Assembly: GCA_043228905.1 (NCBI GenBank)
Contig: JBHGNT010000018.1
Span: forward strand, 18,046,868-18,110,867
Direction of reading: 5' to 3'
Source of the DNA: Azolla caroliniana
Lineage: Eukaryota > Plantae > Polypodiophyta
DNA length: 64,000 nucleotides
The notes beneath the pieces are model-generated. The model worked only from the letters and a program-made list of their open reading frames with translations, did no database searches and was not told where the DNA came from. Positions 50,206-64,000 of the stretch are shown here, in pieces. How positions within the stretch are numbered: the stretch's first letter is position 1; the number at the start of each line of letters is the position of its first letter. A program made the translations under genes and the position numbers.

Positions 50206-51867
50206 CGGGGATCTCCGCTTCGACCCTGCTGTTCAAATCTCACGGTAAGCATCTCCGATTCTTCCATCGCTCCATGGATCTCTGCTTCTTCGTTATCTCT
50301 TGTTTTTTCCCTTTCCTGCATTTCGCGCCTTCTTCTATTTCCATTGCCGATTTCTGTTCTCGGTTTTCCTATCCCCCTTGCTGGACGTTCTCTCTCTCTC
50401 TCTCTCTCTCTCTGTGGATGTTTGTTAAAGGCTTCTTTACATCTGTCTACTGAACTTCCGTAGGCCTCCCTCGTTCTCCATTCATCCGCGTCCCTTTGAA
50501 ATTTAGCTTCTTCTTCTGTCCTTCTGTTCTTCTGTGCTTCGTTCTGTTTGCTTCTCTGTCGGAAGCAGTGTTTCTGTTTCTTCTTCTTCTTCAGTGAGTA
50601 GTATTTTGTTACACCTATTCACTTGTTTCTGTATGCCCATGGATCTACTTTCTTTCTGTTGTTTGGAATTTAGCTTATTCTCGTACAAACTAAGTCCCTT
50701 GTCCCTTTCTTTTAATTTCATTCGGACTTCCATGGATTTTCTCTCCTGCTTCAATTATATGTTCTGCTTTCTATCCCGTGCTTATTTCTGCTGTTATTTC
50801 TGTTCTCGATTTAATGTTCTCACTTGAATCTACTGTTTTATTATTCTATACTTTTGAACCAAGGCCTTTTATGGTTATTTTGGCACCAGTTACGAGTTTA
50901 GTTTCTTCTCTGTTTCTGTTTTTCTTCAAGCTGCCTTTTTTATCTATGGTTCCTGCAACGAAATGATTCTTTCGTCTAATGAAGACTGGATATCATTGAT
51001 CTGAGAAATTGCATATTTCTTTTTGAATCTTATCTTCAGTTTCTTTTATCCCTGCAAACGGTGCATTTCTTTCATGACAGCTTGCGAGCTCTTATATTAG
51101 ATTTTGCTTACTCCGTATCTTAGTATGTTCTGCCTTTTCCTGCTTCCCATCCGCTTGATGATGGTTTGCTTTGGATTTAGCTTCTTTCACTATGTTTTAT
51201 GACAAATTTTTCTTGTATCATAGTTTGCATCATTGATCCTTGTTTTTGCTTTTTTGTTTTTGTTTTTTGTATGCTTTACTCGACTTTATTTATGTTACTT
51301 GCCTGCGTTTTAAGTTTGAAATGCTTTGTAGATCATAAAGTTTGACAATGGGACCTCACGTTTATGAAGTTTGATGTCCTTGTGTCCATTTTTAGGATGT
51401 TTTCTGTTTCCTGCTTTGTAAGGTTTCAAACCCATCGTTGATCATGGAGTTTGACAATGGGGCCTCACAAATTTGAAGTTTGATGTGAAATCTTTTTTCT
51501 ATTTTTAAGCTTTGTTAATACTCTTTCCTGCTTTCCAAGGTTATAAGTAGTGCGTCTGACATGAAAGACTAGAAATACCCGGCATTTTTCACATACCTTT
51601 TAAATTAGAGCTTGGCAAACATTTTGCATGTCTTTGGATCTTGTTTCTTGAGTATGTTGCGTTGGTCTGGTTTGTGAGTTCTTTTTCAAGTTCATGTTAT
51701 GTGCCTTAGTTGAATATTTGAAATACTTGTGCAGATCATAACATTTGAAGCAGCAACAATACAAAAACATGGGGCTTAGTTTGTGGTGCATTTGATAGGA
51801 GAGTATTCTTATTCTGGTCTCAGCACAGTAGGATGCTGTTTTGCTGAATAAATTTTTGAAGGCAAGA

Positions 51868-54800
51868 ATGAGTTCTTATGGTTCTGAACCCCCAAAAAAC
51901 GAAACTAGTGGTGGTGGCCAAAGGTAATTTAATTTTTCCTGGATGACAACAGCGCCAGATTGCATTCTGGTTCATGACCTCCGAGTTGATGGACTCCTTC
52001 TCCATTGTGATGTCAAGAAACAAGGACCATTCAAAAGCCAGCGATAGTTGAAATGAGTGTGTTGGATGCTCTAAACCAATGCCTAATGCACTCAATTAGT
52101 GACATTATTTTCATTTATCAATCTCCATGCCATCAATTAAAGGGCAAAAAATGAGAATACCATGGTTCCATATATGAATTTGTCTGCATGCCAGGCATAT
52201 TCCCCCACAGTATCCCAACACTTTAGTATCGTGGATCAATAGTAGTGTGTTTTATGTGTCTACAAACATGGATTATCATGCGTATGCATTTTTTACTTGA
52301 GAAGGAAGTATTGTGAACATGATATCTCTAGAATATATGCAGACATCCAAGCGCGAACATTATGGGTGCAACTTCTAAATGGTACTTCGGGGCCATATGG
52401 TCTCATGACACCTGTCACAAGAACACAAGCATACATTTGAATAACGTGGGATTACAAGAATGGTACTTCAGGAGTCTATGAGGTTGGGTGCGGTTTCTCT
52501 ATGTGAGGCAACTCAACACAATTTCTTGTGGAGGGCAGTATCATTGTAGTTAACATAGGAATGGCATATGAATGTACTCTTAATAGCTTGGCATTAATTT
52601 TGCTGGAGGTTAGTACAAAGTCCAGATTATAATGTACTTGTTGGTCATATGGTCTCATGACACCTGTCACAAGAACATAAGCATACATTTGAATAACGTG
52701 GGATTACAAGAATGGTACTTCAGGAGTCTATGAGGTTGGGTGTGTGCGGTTTCTCTATGTGAGGCAACTCAACACAATTTCTTGTGGAGGGCAGTATCAT
52801 TGTAGTTAACATAGGAATGGCATATGAGTGTACTCTTAATAGCTTGGCATTAATTTTGCTGGAGGTTAGTACATAGTCCAGATTATAATGTACTTGTTGG
52901 TCACTTCGAGATGGTACATGTCTTTGGAGCCATGCCCAACACTTATAGAGGGGATGTTACATAGCTTAATTCTCTTGTATGAAATTTGAATGCCATTCTA
53001 GTATCTGAGCAAAGTGTGCTTTGAAAGAAGTTGGGAATTTGAGGTGCTCCATTATCAGATATAAATGATGGGAACAGGTTCTCAAAGTTGGGAGTGAGAT
53101 GGACAGCGAAGGGATATCTGTATAAAATTACATTAGAAATAATGTTGGTCACCTAAAGTTTTCTTTTCTCTGGAAAATAAGTTGGAAAAGATGCTTGTGC
53201 GGCCCTATTAAAAATTGATTTAATTGAATTTCTTTCTTGTGATTTAGCGAGGATGCCAAATATACTTTTGGGTATTCAAGTATACGAGGAAAGAGAGCTT
53301 CTATGGAAGATTTTTTTGAGGCCCGTTTTGCTCAAGTTGGTGAACATACCGTTGGACTGTTCGGTGTTTTTGATGGTATGTAGCAAATGAGTCACATAAA
53401 AATGCAGAACTTGCTGATAATTTATTTGCTCTTATAATGCAGAGGTTGTGATCATATTTTGCGCTTATACCTAGTGAATTCTTATTTCAGGACATGGTGG
53501 CTCTCGTGCAGCAGATTATGTTCAGAAAAATCTCCTTGAAAATTTAATAAAACACCCCCAATTCTTTACTGACACCAAGAATGCCATAAGTAGGTCTTTA
53601 TAAGGAAAATGAGAGATTCGATTTCATTTCTATTACTAATTAATGTGGCATAGTAATTAAATTATGGAAGTATTTTTGCAGCTGAAACATATCAACAGAC
53701 TGACTCAGAGTTTTTGAAAGTGGAGAACAGCTACCAACGAGACGCTGGGACAACAGCATCGACTGCAGTGTTGGTTGGAGATCGGTTGCTTGTTGCAAAT
53801 GTAGGTGACTCAAGAGCAGTTATTTGCCGTGCTGGTCATGGTAAGTTATATAGTACTATTCATGGTAAGATATGTAGTACGGCTCAGCTTAAAATCGAAG
53901 TATAGCAAGTTGCAAGTTAGAAAAGATCTAATTTGGTTGTAAACCTAGATATGGACCCAAGCATTGTTAGATTTAACTTAATGAGTTCCTATTGCAGGAA
54001 ACTATCTTCTGCAATCAGTATTGCCTGTATTTAGAATCATAAAAACAATTAAGCAGAGTCCAGCAAAGAACCTCTTCATCTGTGTGTTTTAAAACTTAAG
54101 ACACTTTCCAATAACCCATATCTAGAATCTCCTAACCTTGAATCTAGGCAACTATTACTAATAAGGCTATAATAAGTTTTGGAAAGTCAGTCTGTGTTTC
54201 TGTAACTATTTCTGCCATGGAAGTAAATTTGAAACCTGACCAAATTCTTCTATGTTGCAGCTGTGCCACTCTCAAATGATCATAAACCCAACAGGACAGA
54301 TGAGAGACAACGCATTGAGCAAGCTGGCGGGTATGTTATGTGGGCAGGTAACGCTTATATTCCATTCCATTTGTGTTGAAGATTCGAATTAGGACTATAT
54401 TAACACATTGCATCGGTCTTTGTACAGGAACATGGAGAGTTGGGGGTGTCTTAGCTGTATCACGTGCTTTTGGTGACCGGTTATTAAAGCAATATGTGGT
54501 TGCAGATCCTGAACTCCAGGCAAGATATATAAAGAGGATTTGGCAATCGTAACATTTTTAGTCTAGCTATAAATATATAATCAAGGTATTACAATTTGTG
54601 GTTACATACCCAGGGGCCTGAACTCAGGCATGACATAAACAAAGTTTAGCACTCTAAAGATGTCAAGTCTAGCTATAAATATCTGGAGAAGACCATTTTT
54701 GTGTTTATGAGTCAATTTGTATGGTGTTTAGCTAGGAGTGGGGAGGGGGATATATTAATCTAGTGATATTGTGAAATCAGTTTGCAGTGTGACACAATAA

Positions 54801-55701
54801 AGTATTTTGGAAATAAGAAACAATGAAAATATAATAATGCAGTTGAATGAAAGTAAGCTCTTTGTAAAGTATTTGTAATTAGTGAAAAATACAATAATGC
54901 AGTTGAATAAGAATAAGTTCTTTGTAAAGTAGTTGGAACTAGAGCTAGATTGGAGTAGTGTTATTGGACTCAGATGCAGACTGACACTTGGAAAGTAGCA
55001 TGAATGGAAGTAGCGTCTTTCTTAAATTCTTGGAACTAGTTTGAGAGTTGAACTAAGTACTTGGACTAGAAATTATTATGGATGTAAAAAATAATGAAAA
55101 ATACAAGCATGGGAAGTACTTAAACTAGAATTCTATTGAACACAGGAATGTCTTTCAGGATTTTAACATTTGTTACATGTTAGGTTGTGTGGGCCAAATA
55201 CTACAGGAAAGCAATGAGACCATAGTAGGCATATGCCATGCTACTGCTAATTAGTGCATGAGAACTAAGGCCTGGCCTTACAGGCATTATGCAATATTGT
55301 TTTGATTCTCTTGTTACGTTGTTTTTCCAAGTTCTATTAGCCATTCTTGTCAATTATCCACATGCCCTTACCACTCATAAATTGTCATGAAGGAGGAGAC
55401 TATAAATGGTGAAGTTGAATTCCTGGTGCTGGCTAGTGATGGCTTATGGGATGTTGTATCCAATCAGGTACATGTACAGCAGTGAAGTTTTGTAGCATGC
55501 TCTTCTAGTATTATTTTTGTTTGTTTGTGAATGAGCATTATTAAGATTTTGCTCATGCAGGATGCTGTCTCAATGGTTCAATCCATTCCGAATGCTGAAG
55601 AGGCTGCCAAGAAATTAACAGAAGAGGCATTGAATAGGGGAAGTGCGGATAATATCACTTGTGTTATTGTTCGCTTCCATAATGAGGCAGTTATAGCTTA
55701 A
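51868..55701 (+). CDS. Protein phosphatase 2C (clade F-like); exons 51868-51923, 53248-53375, 53491-53589, 53682-53840, 54261-54347, 54428-54519, 55393-55467, 55561-55701
   Basis: Motifs [59 protein letters not shown] and [11 protein letters not shown]. The start codon is uncertain because the frame is open upstream of 51868. Intron 54520-55392 is GC-AG. Confidence 0.94.
52394..52903. repeat. Intronic tandem duplication, about 252 bp x2, nearly identical
   Basis: CATATGGTCTCATGACACCTGTCACAAGAAC occurs at 52394 and 52646. Confidence 0.93.
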
Positions 55702-57467
55702 GGGCAAAAATCCAAGACAGTGGAAATTATATAGCTAACTGCATGGCGTTATCGCATACCTAGCGAGCCAATTCACTTTTGTAATGCAGAGAGTGGGGAT
55801 ATTTGTAGTGTAGAAAATTAATCATATTCTTGATTTTCTCAACTGGTTGGGAATGTTAATCAACAAATTTCATGGGCAAAAGATCTCTAATCCAATGTTA
55901 AACCAACTTGATATTCTGAAGAAAAGTTGAACTTGGGCTAAAAGCATACACTTCTTCAGAATATCAACAGCTAGACTCAAATTCTAGTTTGCATGCTGTA
56001 TTTCTATTTTTTAAGTCCGCACAATTAAGCTAGACACAAATTCAAGTTTGACATGAAGCTAAGCGCAAGCCTCAGCAATATTTGTTATGATGACAGTAGG
56101 CTGGGTTATGAGCCAAGTGGATAGTTTTGCATTGCGTATGCTTATTTCCATCAGTTGTATTCCAGAATCAAGTTTTCAATTGTGCTAGTGTAAGAGAGAT
56201 GAATAAGCTCATATACTTTGGCCTTGCATGCTTTATTTATTGCTTGCTTTCAACAAGCCACTCGAAATGGTAATAATAACTGTTCAAAATAATGTCAAAT
56301 CAAGCAATGATGGTTACTTAACCCCTTGAAAAGTTAAGGCCTCGTGATGTTTGGTAAAACATGCAACGCCAAGCTGTGTGTTCTTATTGCATGTATAGAG
56401 GAATATGATCGGTTTGGGGTGAGACTTTGTTTTGCTATAATTAGTAAATTAGGTTATTTCATTGGAATGGAGGTGTCATGTGACCTGATTCATTTAACAT
56501 CATTACCTATTTTCATTTGAATTGAGGTACACAATAAAGGTTGATCCTACATTGTGAGTGGTGTCTTCCCAATATAAAAATAAATGCCTATCACAATCAT
56601 TCACAAGCAACAGTGGATAGAGAAGGCTATTTATTAGGGTACGGGGAATTAGAAACCCCCTAATGTGGTGGCAAAGTGTGCTACGCATGGGGTGTTTTAA
56701 GAAAGTGGGACATTGTCACTGAAATGTGTTTCTTTTGTATTGTCATTGGAACATCTTATGTTTGGACATAAATCTGCCATGTGGGTCCATAACCAGGGGA
56801 ACAAGGTTGGATTGGAGTGGCGATCTTCACAAGCTGAAATAGTTGTTCGCTTCTTGAGATATTGGGGATAATGGTAAATGGGGGCATGCAAAATGATTTT
56901 GTCCAATTATGAAATGATTTGGCAATTCTTCTTGTCAAAATCTTACTGATTCACCAACATTCTTCTTGACTCTGTTTCCATGGCTGATAGTAAAAGCAGG
57001 TTAAAAAATGATTAATTAAACAAGCTACTTGTGTGCCGTACATGATTGCTTCACATGAGCAACACCATACCAATGAAGGTTATTGTTAAATAGGCATTTT
57101 ACCAATGGGCAGGCATGCATGAGAAATTGTTATGTAATCAGTTTATGTTTCTATTAGATTTTCCATAACATATGAAATAGGCAAGATGGTCAAATAGGCA
57201 TTGCAGAAGAAATACAGAAAAATTTGACTTGCTGATGGGGCCAGGCCCCACAAAACTCCAGCAAGAAGCAAAACCTCACTCAACAAAAAAACAGTCAGAA
57301 ATGCTCCTAATCATGTGACCTTGACCTTGAAATGAGGCTAACTATGCTGGCATATCACTAGATTCTATCAACAGCTTTATATTGCCAGTTTTATATATAC
57401 ATGAAACAATGATATTTGTTAGCATACTAATGTCAACTACTGGCAAAACATTGTCTGGAGAGTTCTC

Positions 57468-60037
57468 TTAGCCACCACCTGCTCTAGATGAACTTCTAAT
57501 TGAAGAGAAACCTTTGGTGCTTGCACTCCGGAAAGTCTGCCATGGAATGGAATTGGGCTTCAGCTGGGCCGGTAAAGATGTCCTCCTTTTAGAGATAGGC
57601 GAGGTTTTTTCATCCAAATCTGGTCTTAACTTAGGATTGCTCTGGGATCGAGCTTTGGCTTTTGCAGATTGTGTTACAGCCATATAGCTAGGGATGGTCG
57701 GGGAGTTTGTCGTCAGATTCTCTTGCATTCCTTTCAGTGGCCCTGAAAAGCTATGCCTTTTAAATACACCCTTGTTCTTTGGCATGGCCTCTACAGGCAA
57801 TGCTTCTCGTCGAAAATGATCATGTTTGACATTAGAAGTACTTCCATCTTGAAGGCCTTTCGCCATCGTTTCACTGTGAGCCTCTAGAGCAGCAGAGGCA
57901 TTGGGAGTGCAAGTGCTCCTTGAAGAACTTGACTTGGTTGGCTTCATAAGCCTAGAGGAAATGGAGGTTGTTAACGTTTGTTGTTTAGTGGAGAGCTCGC
58001 AAGATGTCAGGGTTTCACCTTGTTGAGAATCTACTGGATTCTCAGCCAAAGAACTCGGCGGAAATTTAGGCAAATTCAGTTGTTGGGAATCTTCTTGTAA
58101 TATTTCCGAGGTAGGATTCTTGAGAGGTGGATGTTTTTTCTCAAGCTCATCTTCAGCTTTCAAGTGGCCTTCTCTCTTTACACCTTCATCTATAGGTTTC
58201 TCTTCACATTCGTCCAAATAAGCAGTCTCCCATGGCCGGGCAGCCATCCACCTCTCAAGCCAGCTCCAACCCCAATGAGACTGATCATGGTCACCATCAA
58301 ACACCAAAGAATTTTGTTTCCGAGCTGAGGTCCAGAGCTGGGAAAAAAACAAATATGTTAAACAGGAGATTACAGAAGTGATCTTTCTCAAAGCAATTTG
58401 TATATGCTTGGCCAAAAGTGATTCCTGGAGAAACTGGAAAGAAAAATTTCTTATTGGTTCTCTGATGAAAAATTACATTGGATTAGACTTTTTAATCAGG
58501 GATATCAATATCATTTTAAGAAAGATAAGCACACATTTTTAACATCTGAGCATATTTTTTAATTTTCCAAACAAGAAAGTGGAACAAATGCTAGTTATTG
58601 TACTTACTTGGCGAGAAAATGCATAGGCCAATGCTCGTTCTCGCTTCGCTGCTGCTTCCTGACGGCTCCGAAGTTTTGCATCCACCTCCTGAAGTGTCCC
58701 AGTGCTTGAATCCCAGCCTTCCTAAAAAGTGCCCAAAATAGAAAATTGATTAAAGTTGTAATGTGCAATGTAAACTCTACAGTGACCTAATGGGTTCAAG
58801 TTCTAATCTTATCCTTGGTTATCACACATGGCTTTAAATAACATTATTAAAGTCTTTAAGAGGGAGAAATGACCTACAGGACCGAAACTCACACCCATGT
58901 CAATCTTAACATCAAAAGAGATTATTTACCACAAGACATTCCTTTGGGGTGCCATCAGTTTGCATTCTCTCTCGAAGCTTCTGCTGTACAGCTTGACCTT
59001 CTTCTGACATGCGAACACGCCTCGCACGAACCCGAGCCTGTACTCTCACTAAAGCTTGTACACAACGCAAGGTTGTTCCAGCTTGCCTTCTCACCATATG
59101 TCCTCTCACTAGCGCTTGCAGCCTTACTAAACCTTTCAATGCCCTCAGAGCTCTTCGGGCCTAAATGGAGAAAAGTGTATTGTAGAGACATACTCAGTTT
59201 CACAAATATGAAGAAAGAGATCAAAGAGCCACCGATAAACAAAGAAAAGATCAAGCAAAGATAAGCAGCCCCAAGCATTCTGTTCTAAAAATATGCTAAA
59301 TGATACCACAGAAACACCAGTAAAGAGAGAAGAAGCTAAGAAGAGAAACCCTGAGCATACAGTTTTATAAATATGCGAACGGAGACCAAAGACCCACCAA
59401 ATATCCACGAAATGCCGTTTGTATAAGAATCGCTGACTTTTCCTCAAGGTCCATCTCCATGACAGAAAAATGGTCACCCCTTTTGTTAACCACATTTTCG
59501 ATATCCTTAGGATGCAGATCAGCAGCCAAGGCATCTTCACCTACACTTACATCCCTTGCTTCCTCAGAAGTGGAAATGAGCTCTGGGACAACTGATTCTT
59601 GTTTGGCCTCCTCATGCAATATGGTGGGAGTTACACTAGGGGGCTCATCTCTTCTTGGCGGCAAACATTCCGAGGGTGTCAAAGACTCAAAGTTTGTATT
59701 TTGTGCTGACGACTTGCCAAAACTCCACCGATGCTTCTCCTTATTCTTCTTCTGCAACATATACATTGAAGCATGTCAAAAAGCTGACTAATTGGATTAG
59801 ATCTAGAAAACAATTAGTAGAAGACCTAAAATAATTTCGATTAAAACCAAACATTGTTTTCAAAATAATGCATCAGACAATCATTTTCCATCAATTATAA
59901 AAAGAAATTCAACTTTTCTTTTGAGATATTTGAACATGACCTACCACACGTGTTGGTAACGCATCATCTGCAGTAGACTGTGAGGCTTTCTTCCCTGAAA
60001 ACAGAGACTTGATCCATTTTCCAGGTGACTTCCCCAT
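57468..60037 (-). CDS. IQ67-domain (IQD) calmodulin-binding protein; exons 60037-59945, 59751-59398, 59160-58930, 58721-58608, 58337-57468
   Basis: [12 protein letters not shown]; RWSFGKS; IQTAFRGYL|[27 protein letters not shown] with the conserved phase-0 intron in IQ67; [32 protein letters not shown] and [16 protein letters not shown] (DUF4005-like). Confidence 0.95.
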
Positions 60038-61339
60038 CCCCACAAACTAAATTGAGCTGATAAACGAACTGCAAGGAGAGAACGATACATATCTCATAAA
60101 AACCATGTACAATAAAGACATGATAAAAGCACCACGAACAAGAAAGAAAGGAAGAAGGGCTAGCAAAAAAAACTGTTTTTCATTCATTTTAACTTAAAAC
60201 TATGCTCACTACAGACTATAGATACGAGAAGAGAGACTATGGATAATTATTAATCATGCATGTTATGAACATTTGTGGAACCTTAGATTAAGGAGGTCGA
60301 TTAGGACAAAGATAAGTCCATTAACTTGTGGACAACCACCCAGTTGGTCATTGTCTGGACAAAGTACAATCCGGATGCGGCTCCATAGTGCATTCTTCTT
60401 GACATTTCCATCACCTCCTCACTCACTTACAGCAAACGCATATCATACCTTTCATCTTCCTTCTCTCCATAGTATACATGTTAGCAACACCATTATTTAA
60501 AAAAAGAATGGTTTACCAACAAAAAGGATCAGAATCAACTATGAACCAAACCTAGTCAATCTTGGGTTACTCTATTTATAGCTAGAGTCAATGCTACATT
60601 CCTCCATGACTAGATGATGAATCTACTTACGCCCAGTTTTCCAGGAACATGCTATATATATGCAGTCAGCTGGGTGGATGGAGAGCCTCTTGTCTCGGGT
60701 CTCATGAAACCTCAACTTCAGTAATCATTGTGGGACGTCCATGGCAGGAAAGGTGCGATAACAAGGACGGGGTCTCGCCTATTTTAGGAAAAAGGTCTGA
60801 ACATGAGCAAAAACCAATTTATGGAAATTTGCCTGCTTTGTGAAGTGCCAAGGAAAGACAATGACCCAGTTTTTGAAATTGGGCACTTTGCGAGAAGATC
60901 CAAGCAAAGTACATGGATCCAATTCGGGGAAAGAGATGAACAAGGATAGAGACCAGTTTCTGGGCAGGATGAGAACGGGGGGGGGACCAAATGATGGCTA
61001 TTTCCTTGTTATATTCACAGTGAGAGCTCAACAAAATGGAACAGTACAAGGGAGAGCTTCGCTCAAAATGCAAAAAGAAGAAGAAAGCAAGCAAGCAAGA
61101 GGCTGCTGTTGCTCTTACAGTGGAAAATAGAAGAAGTAAAGGAAGGTTCTAAAATACATTGTTAGGCCGAAGCAGAAACCCAGAGGGTAATTAATAAAGC
61201 TATAATTTGGACGGAGTATATCGAGGGAGAAGAGATTAAACCCAGAAAAAACAAAAAAAACGCAACAATCTTCAGGGAAGGCTGCAGCTGTGGAGGATGC
61301 CTTCTATTCTCAGAATAGCCATACCTGTCCTGTTTTCAA

Positions 61340-61403
<64 letters not shown>
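61340..61403. repeat. (GA)n microsatellite in the IQD 5' region
   Basis: Long GA run adjacent to a minus-strand GTAAG donor. Confidence 0.9.
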
Positions 61404-61409
<6 letters not shown>

Positions 61410-61645
61410 CTTACGAAGCAGGTACTGAAGAATGCTACTCAGCCGAACCCACTAAAAGTATGCAGGTTCTGTCCCTTGTATATATGTACATATACAAACA
61501 TACATACATGTGTGAAGAAAAAAGAAATCAGAGAATCAGAGCCAGAGAGAGAGAGAGAAGGAGAGGGAGGGAAGAACAGAGTAATCTAAAAGGACAGAGA
61601 GAGAGAGAGAGAGGGAAGAACAGAGTAATCTAATAGGACAGCTCT

Positions 61646-61677
<32 letters not shown>

Positions 61678-61829
61678 GAGAGTTAGGGGTGGGTTCATAC
61701 TTAGTAGTAGTAAAGAGAGAAGAAACCCCTCCCTTAAGGGAAACTGGGTAGACTGATAAAGCTTGTTCGAGGCACACTATACATTGTCAACAGGTCTCTC
61801 GGACAGACACACCCTACCCTGCATTGGCG

Positions 61830-62735
61830 CATATGGCGGACAAATGGAAATGGGCTCTAGCATGTGTTTCGGGCTTTAATGGTGGACGAATTGTGATGGG
61901 CTTTTTAGCATGTATCGTTGTGGATGGCAAACAAATGAGATGTAGACTGTTATCGTTTATTAGTGTGGACAGCAGGGATAGGCTCTATTGTTTCTGTCGG
62001 CATGAACAACGAACAAATGGGATGGGCTCTAGTTTGTATTAGTGTGGATGGTAGACAAATGGGATAAACTATATCGTTCTATTGGTGTGGATGGTAGATT
62101 GTTATCGTTAATTAGTGTGGACAACAGGGATAGTGCTCTATCATTTTATCGGCATGAACAACAAACAAATGGGATGGCTCTAGTTTTTGTATCGGTGTGG
62201 ATGGTAGACAAATGGGATAAACTATATCATTCGATCAGCATGAACAAGGAACAAATGGGATGGGCTCTAGTTTGTATTGGCTAAATGGTAGACAAACAAG
62301 GATAGACTCTATCGTTCTGTCGACATGAACAATTGACAAATGGGATGGGCTCTAATTTGTATCGACGTAGATGCATACAAATGGAATATATTCCATCGTT
62401 CTATCGGCATTAACAACAGACAAATGGGATGGGCTCTCACATGGATCGGTGTGGATGGCAGACAAATGGGATGAACTCTATCGTTCTATCGGCGTGAACG
62501 ACACGTATCAGTGTGGACAGTAAACAAATGGGATAGACTCTATCATATATTGGCATGAGATGCTGACAAATGGGATGGGCTCTAGCATGTATTGGTGTGG
62601 ATAGTGAACAAATGGGATGGACTCTATCATAAATCAGTGCGGATGACAAACGCAAACAGGATGGGCTCTCTACAATGTATTTGTGTGGATTGTCATTGAC
62701 ATACAAATGAGATGGGGCTCTACCATGAATCGGCG
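61830..62735. repeat. Degenerate minisatellite, about 39-40 bp unit
   Basis: ACAAATGGGAT(G/A)G(G/A)CTCTA...TCG(G/T)(T/C)GTG(G/A)A recurs about 20 times, with alternating subtypes. Confidence 0.85.
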
Positions 62736-62879
62736 TGTGTGCTGAGGACAAGATGGTTTCATAGTTCCACAAAACATACATGATATATATTGTGTGAAAT
62801 GTGACAACTCTCCACACCTTGTCTCGAGCTCTAATTTGTTGACATTGTGAAAAAAAGGCCTCGCTCCTAGAGAATTTGT

Positions 62880-63760
62880 TGGACGTGGCATGAAGCAAGT
62901 GTAAGTGCATACCATTTGCCAAACAATCTCTTCACATCTTGCGTTTGTTCGAAGCTCAAAATTTTGTATAGTGGTGTTGTTTTTTAACTTATCTGTCACA
63001 AAGTTCTCGAAAGTCAATGTGAGGTAGGTTCTTCTAAACCGTAAGCAATGTACTCAACAACCCTTTCAAGCCCATCATCTTATGGAAGTGGTTTAGTCTC
63101 CAAAAGTAGAAGCATGTGTTTACATCGTTTGTATTTTGACTTTGAAATAAAATCCATAAGGAAGCACTTTTGGATTCTTCCCGAGTGGATTGATGTATGA
63201 TATATCACCCCCATACTTCAACCCATAGAGAATCACTCTTGTTGCTAAAGTGTGAAAACAATGTTTTTCGAGAACCCAACATTTTTTTATTCTTAATTGC
63301 ATATGTTCACAAATAGAGGAAGCCTCTTTCTTGCTTTCAAGTAGCATTCATTCCATCTAATGAGTGGGGAGAGCCTCAAGCCCAAGCTATTTAAAGCTTT
63401 TTACGGCTTCGGTGGGCTTATAATTTTACACAATGAATGATATTATCCTTATTTATGCCTTGCAAACATAACCTTCATTTAGGAGCTATTGACACTCAAC
63501 TTATTATACATGCAAAAGTGTTCCAAAATATAAATCATAATTGTGGGCATTTTCCAAAGCGTCAAAGAATGGCACAACGTCATCAATATGTAAGAAAAAC
63601 ATGATGATTGCATTCTCAACGGTAACTTTTCCAATGTCTTCTTGCTTTACAAAATTGTCAATCCTTTGTTCAAAATTATCGATGTGTAAAACAAGAGAGA
63701 AGCCGTAAGAGTGGTATCCTTGATTGGCATTAATAGTGATAGTAGAAAAAACCATGAAAT
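62880..63760 (-). mobile_element. Decayed non-LTR retrotransposon (RTE/L2-like) RT fragment
   Basis: FSLVLHIDNFEQRIDNFVKQEDIGKVTVENAIIMFFLHIDDVV resembles the LF...ID...LLYADD RT segment; TRVILYG (about 63240) resembles the following conserved block. Confidence 0.55.
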
Positions 63761-64000
63761 TATTTTAATGGCGATTTCTAATTTATATCAACGCATAGTT
63801 TTCTACTCTTCAATATCTCTATTGTCTCTACATGTAATTTGAAAGCAACGTTGTTACATCTTAAGATTTATGGCTTGTTTAAAGTAATTGAAATTATCGT
63901 ACACTTTATCAATCACAAACCCACTACAAGTTGTCACTACGACATTGTAGGGTGATCTACTATGACTTCCTTTGGTGCGTGAAAATTACTAGCTTTCTTA

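Overview
Nuclear genomic DNA from a seed-free land plant, most likely a fern. That assignment is inferred from spliceosomal introns, plant-type genes, GA microsatellites and a fungal-like Ty3/gypsy lineage. Six intact multi-exon genes are present: plastid pyruvate dehydrogenase E1-beta (+), an FMP32/DUF1640 mitochondrial coiled-coil protein (+), cyanase (-), separase (-), a clade-F-like PP2C (+) and an IQ67-domain protein (-). Between separase and PP2C (about 29.6-47.4 kb) lies a nested transposon island. Removing two nested solo LTRs by their target-site duplications (TSDs) reconstructs a decayed, intron-containing gene that fuses a ParB/Sulfiredoxin-like domain to the C-terminal half of a bacterial-type beta-class (N4-cytosine/N6-adenine) DNA methyltransferase. 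Four independent insertions of one tRNA-Trp-primed Ty3/gypsy lineage all sit in 4-bp ACG(T/A) targets, suggesting sequence-specific, CpG-centred integration. The full-length copy has a candidate -1 frameshift signal between protease and RT. A Copia gag is interrupted by that Gypsy element, an L1-type LINE and another solo LTR. Exon boundaries and translations were read by eye and no database searches were run.
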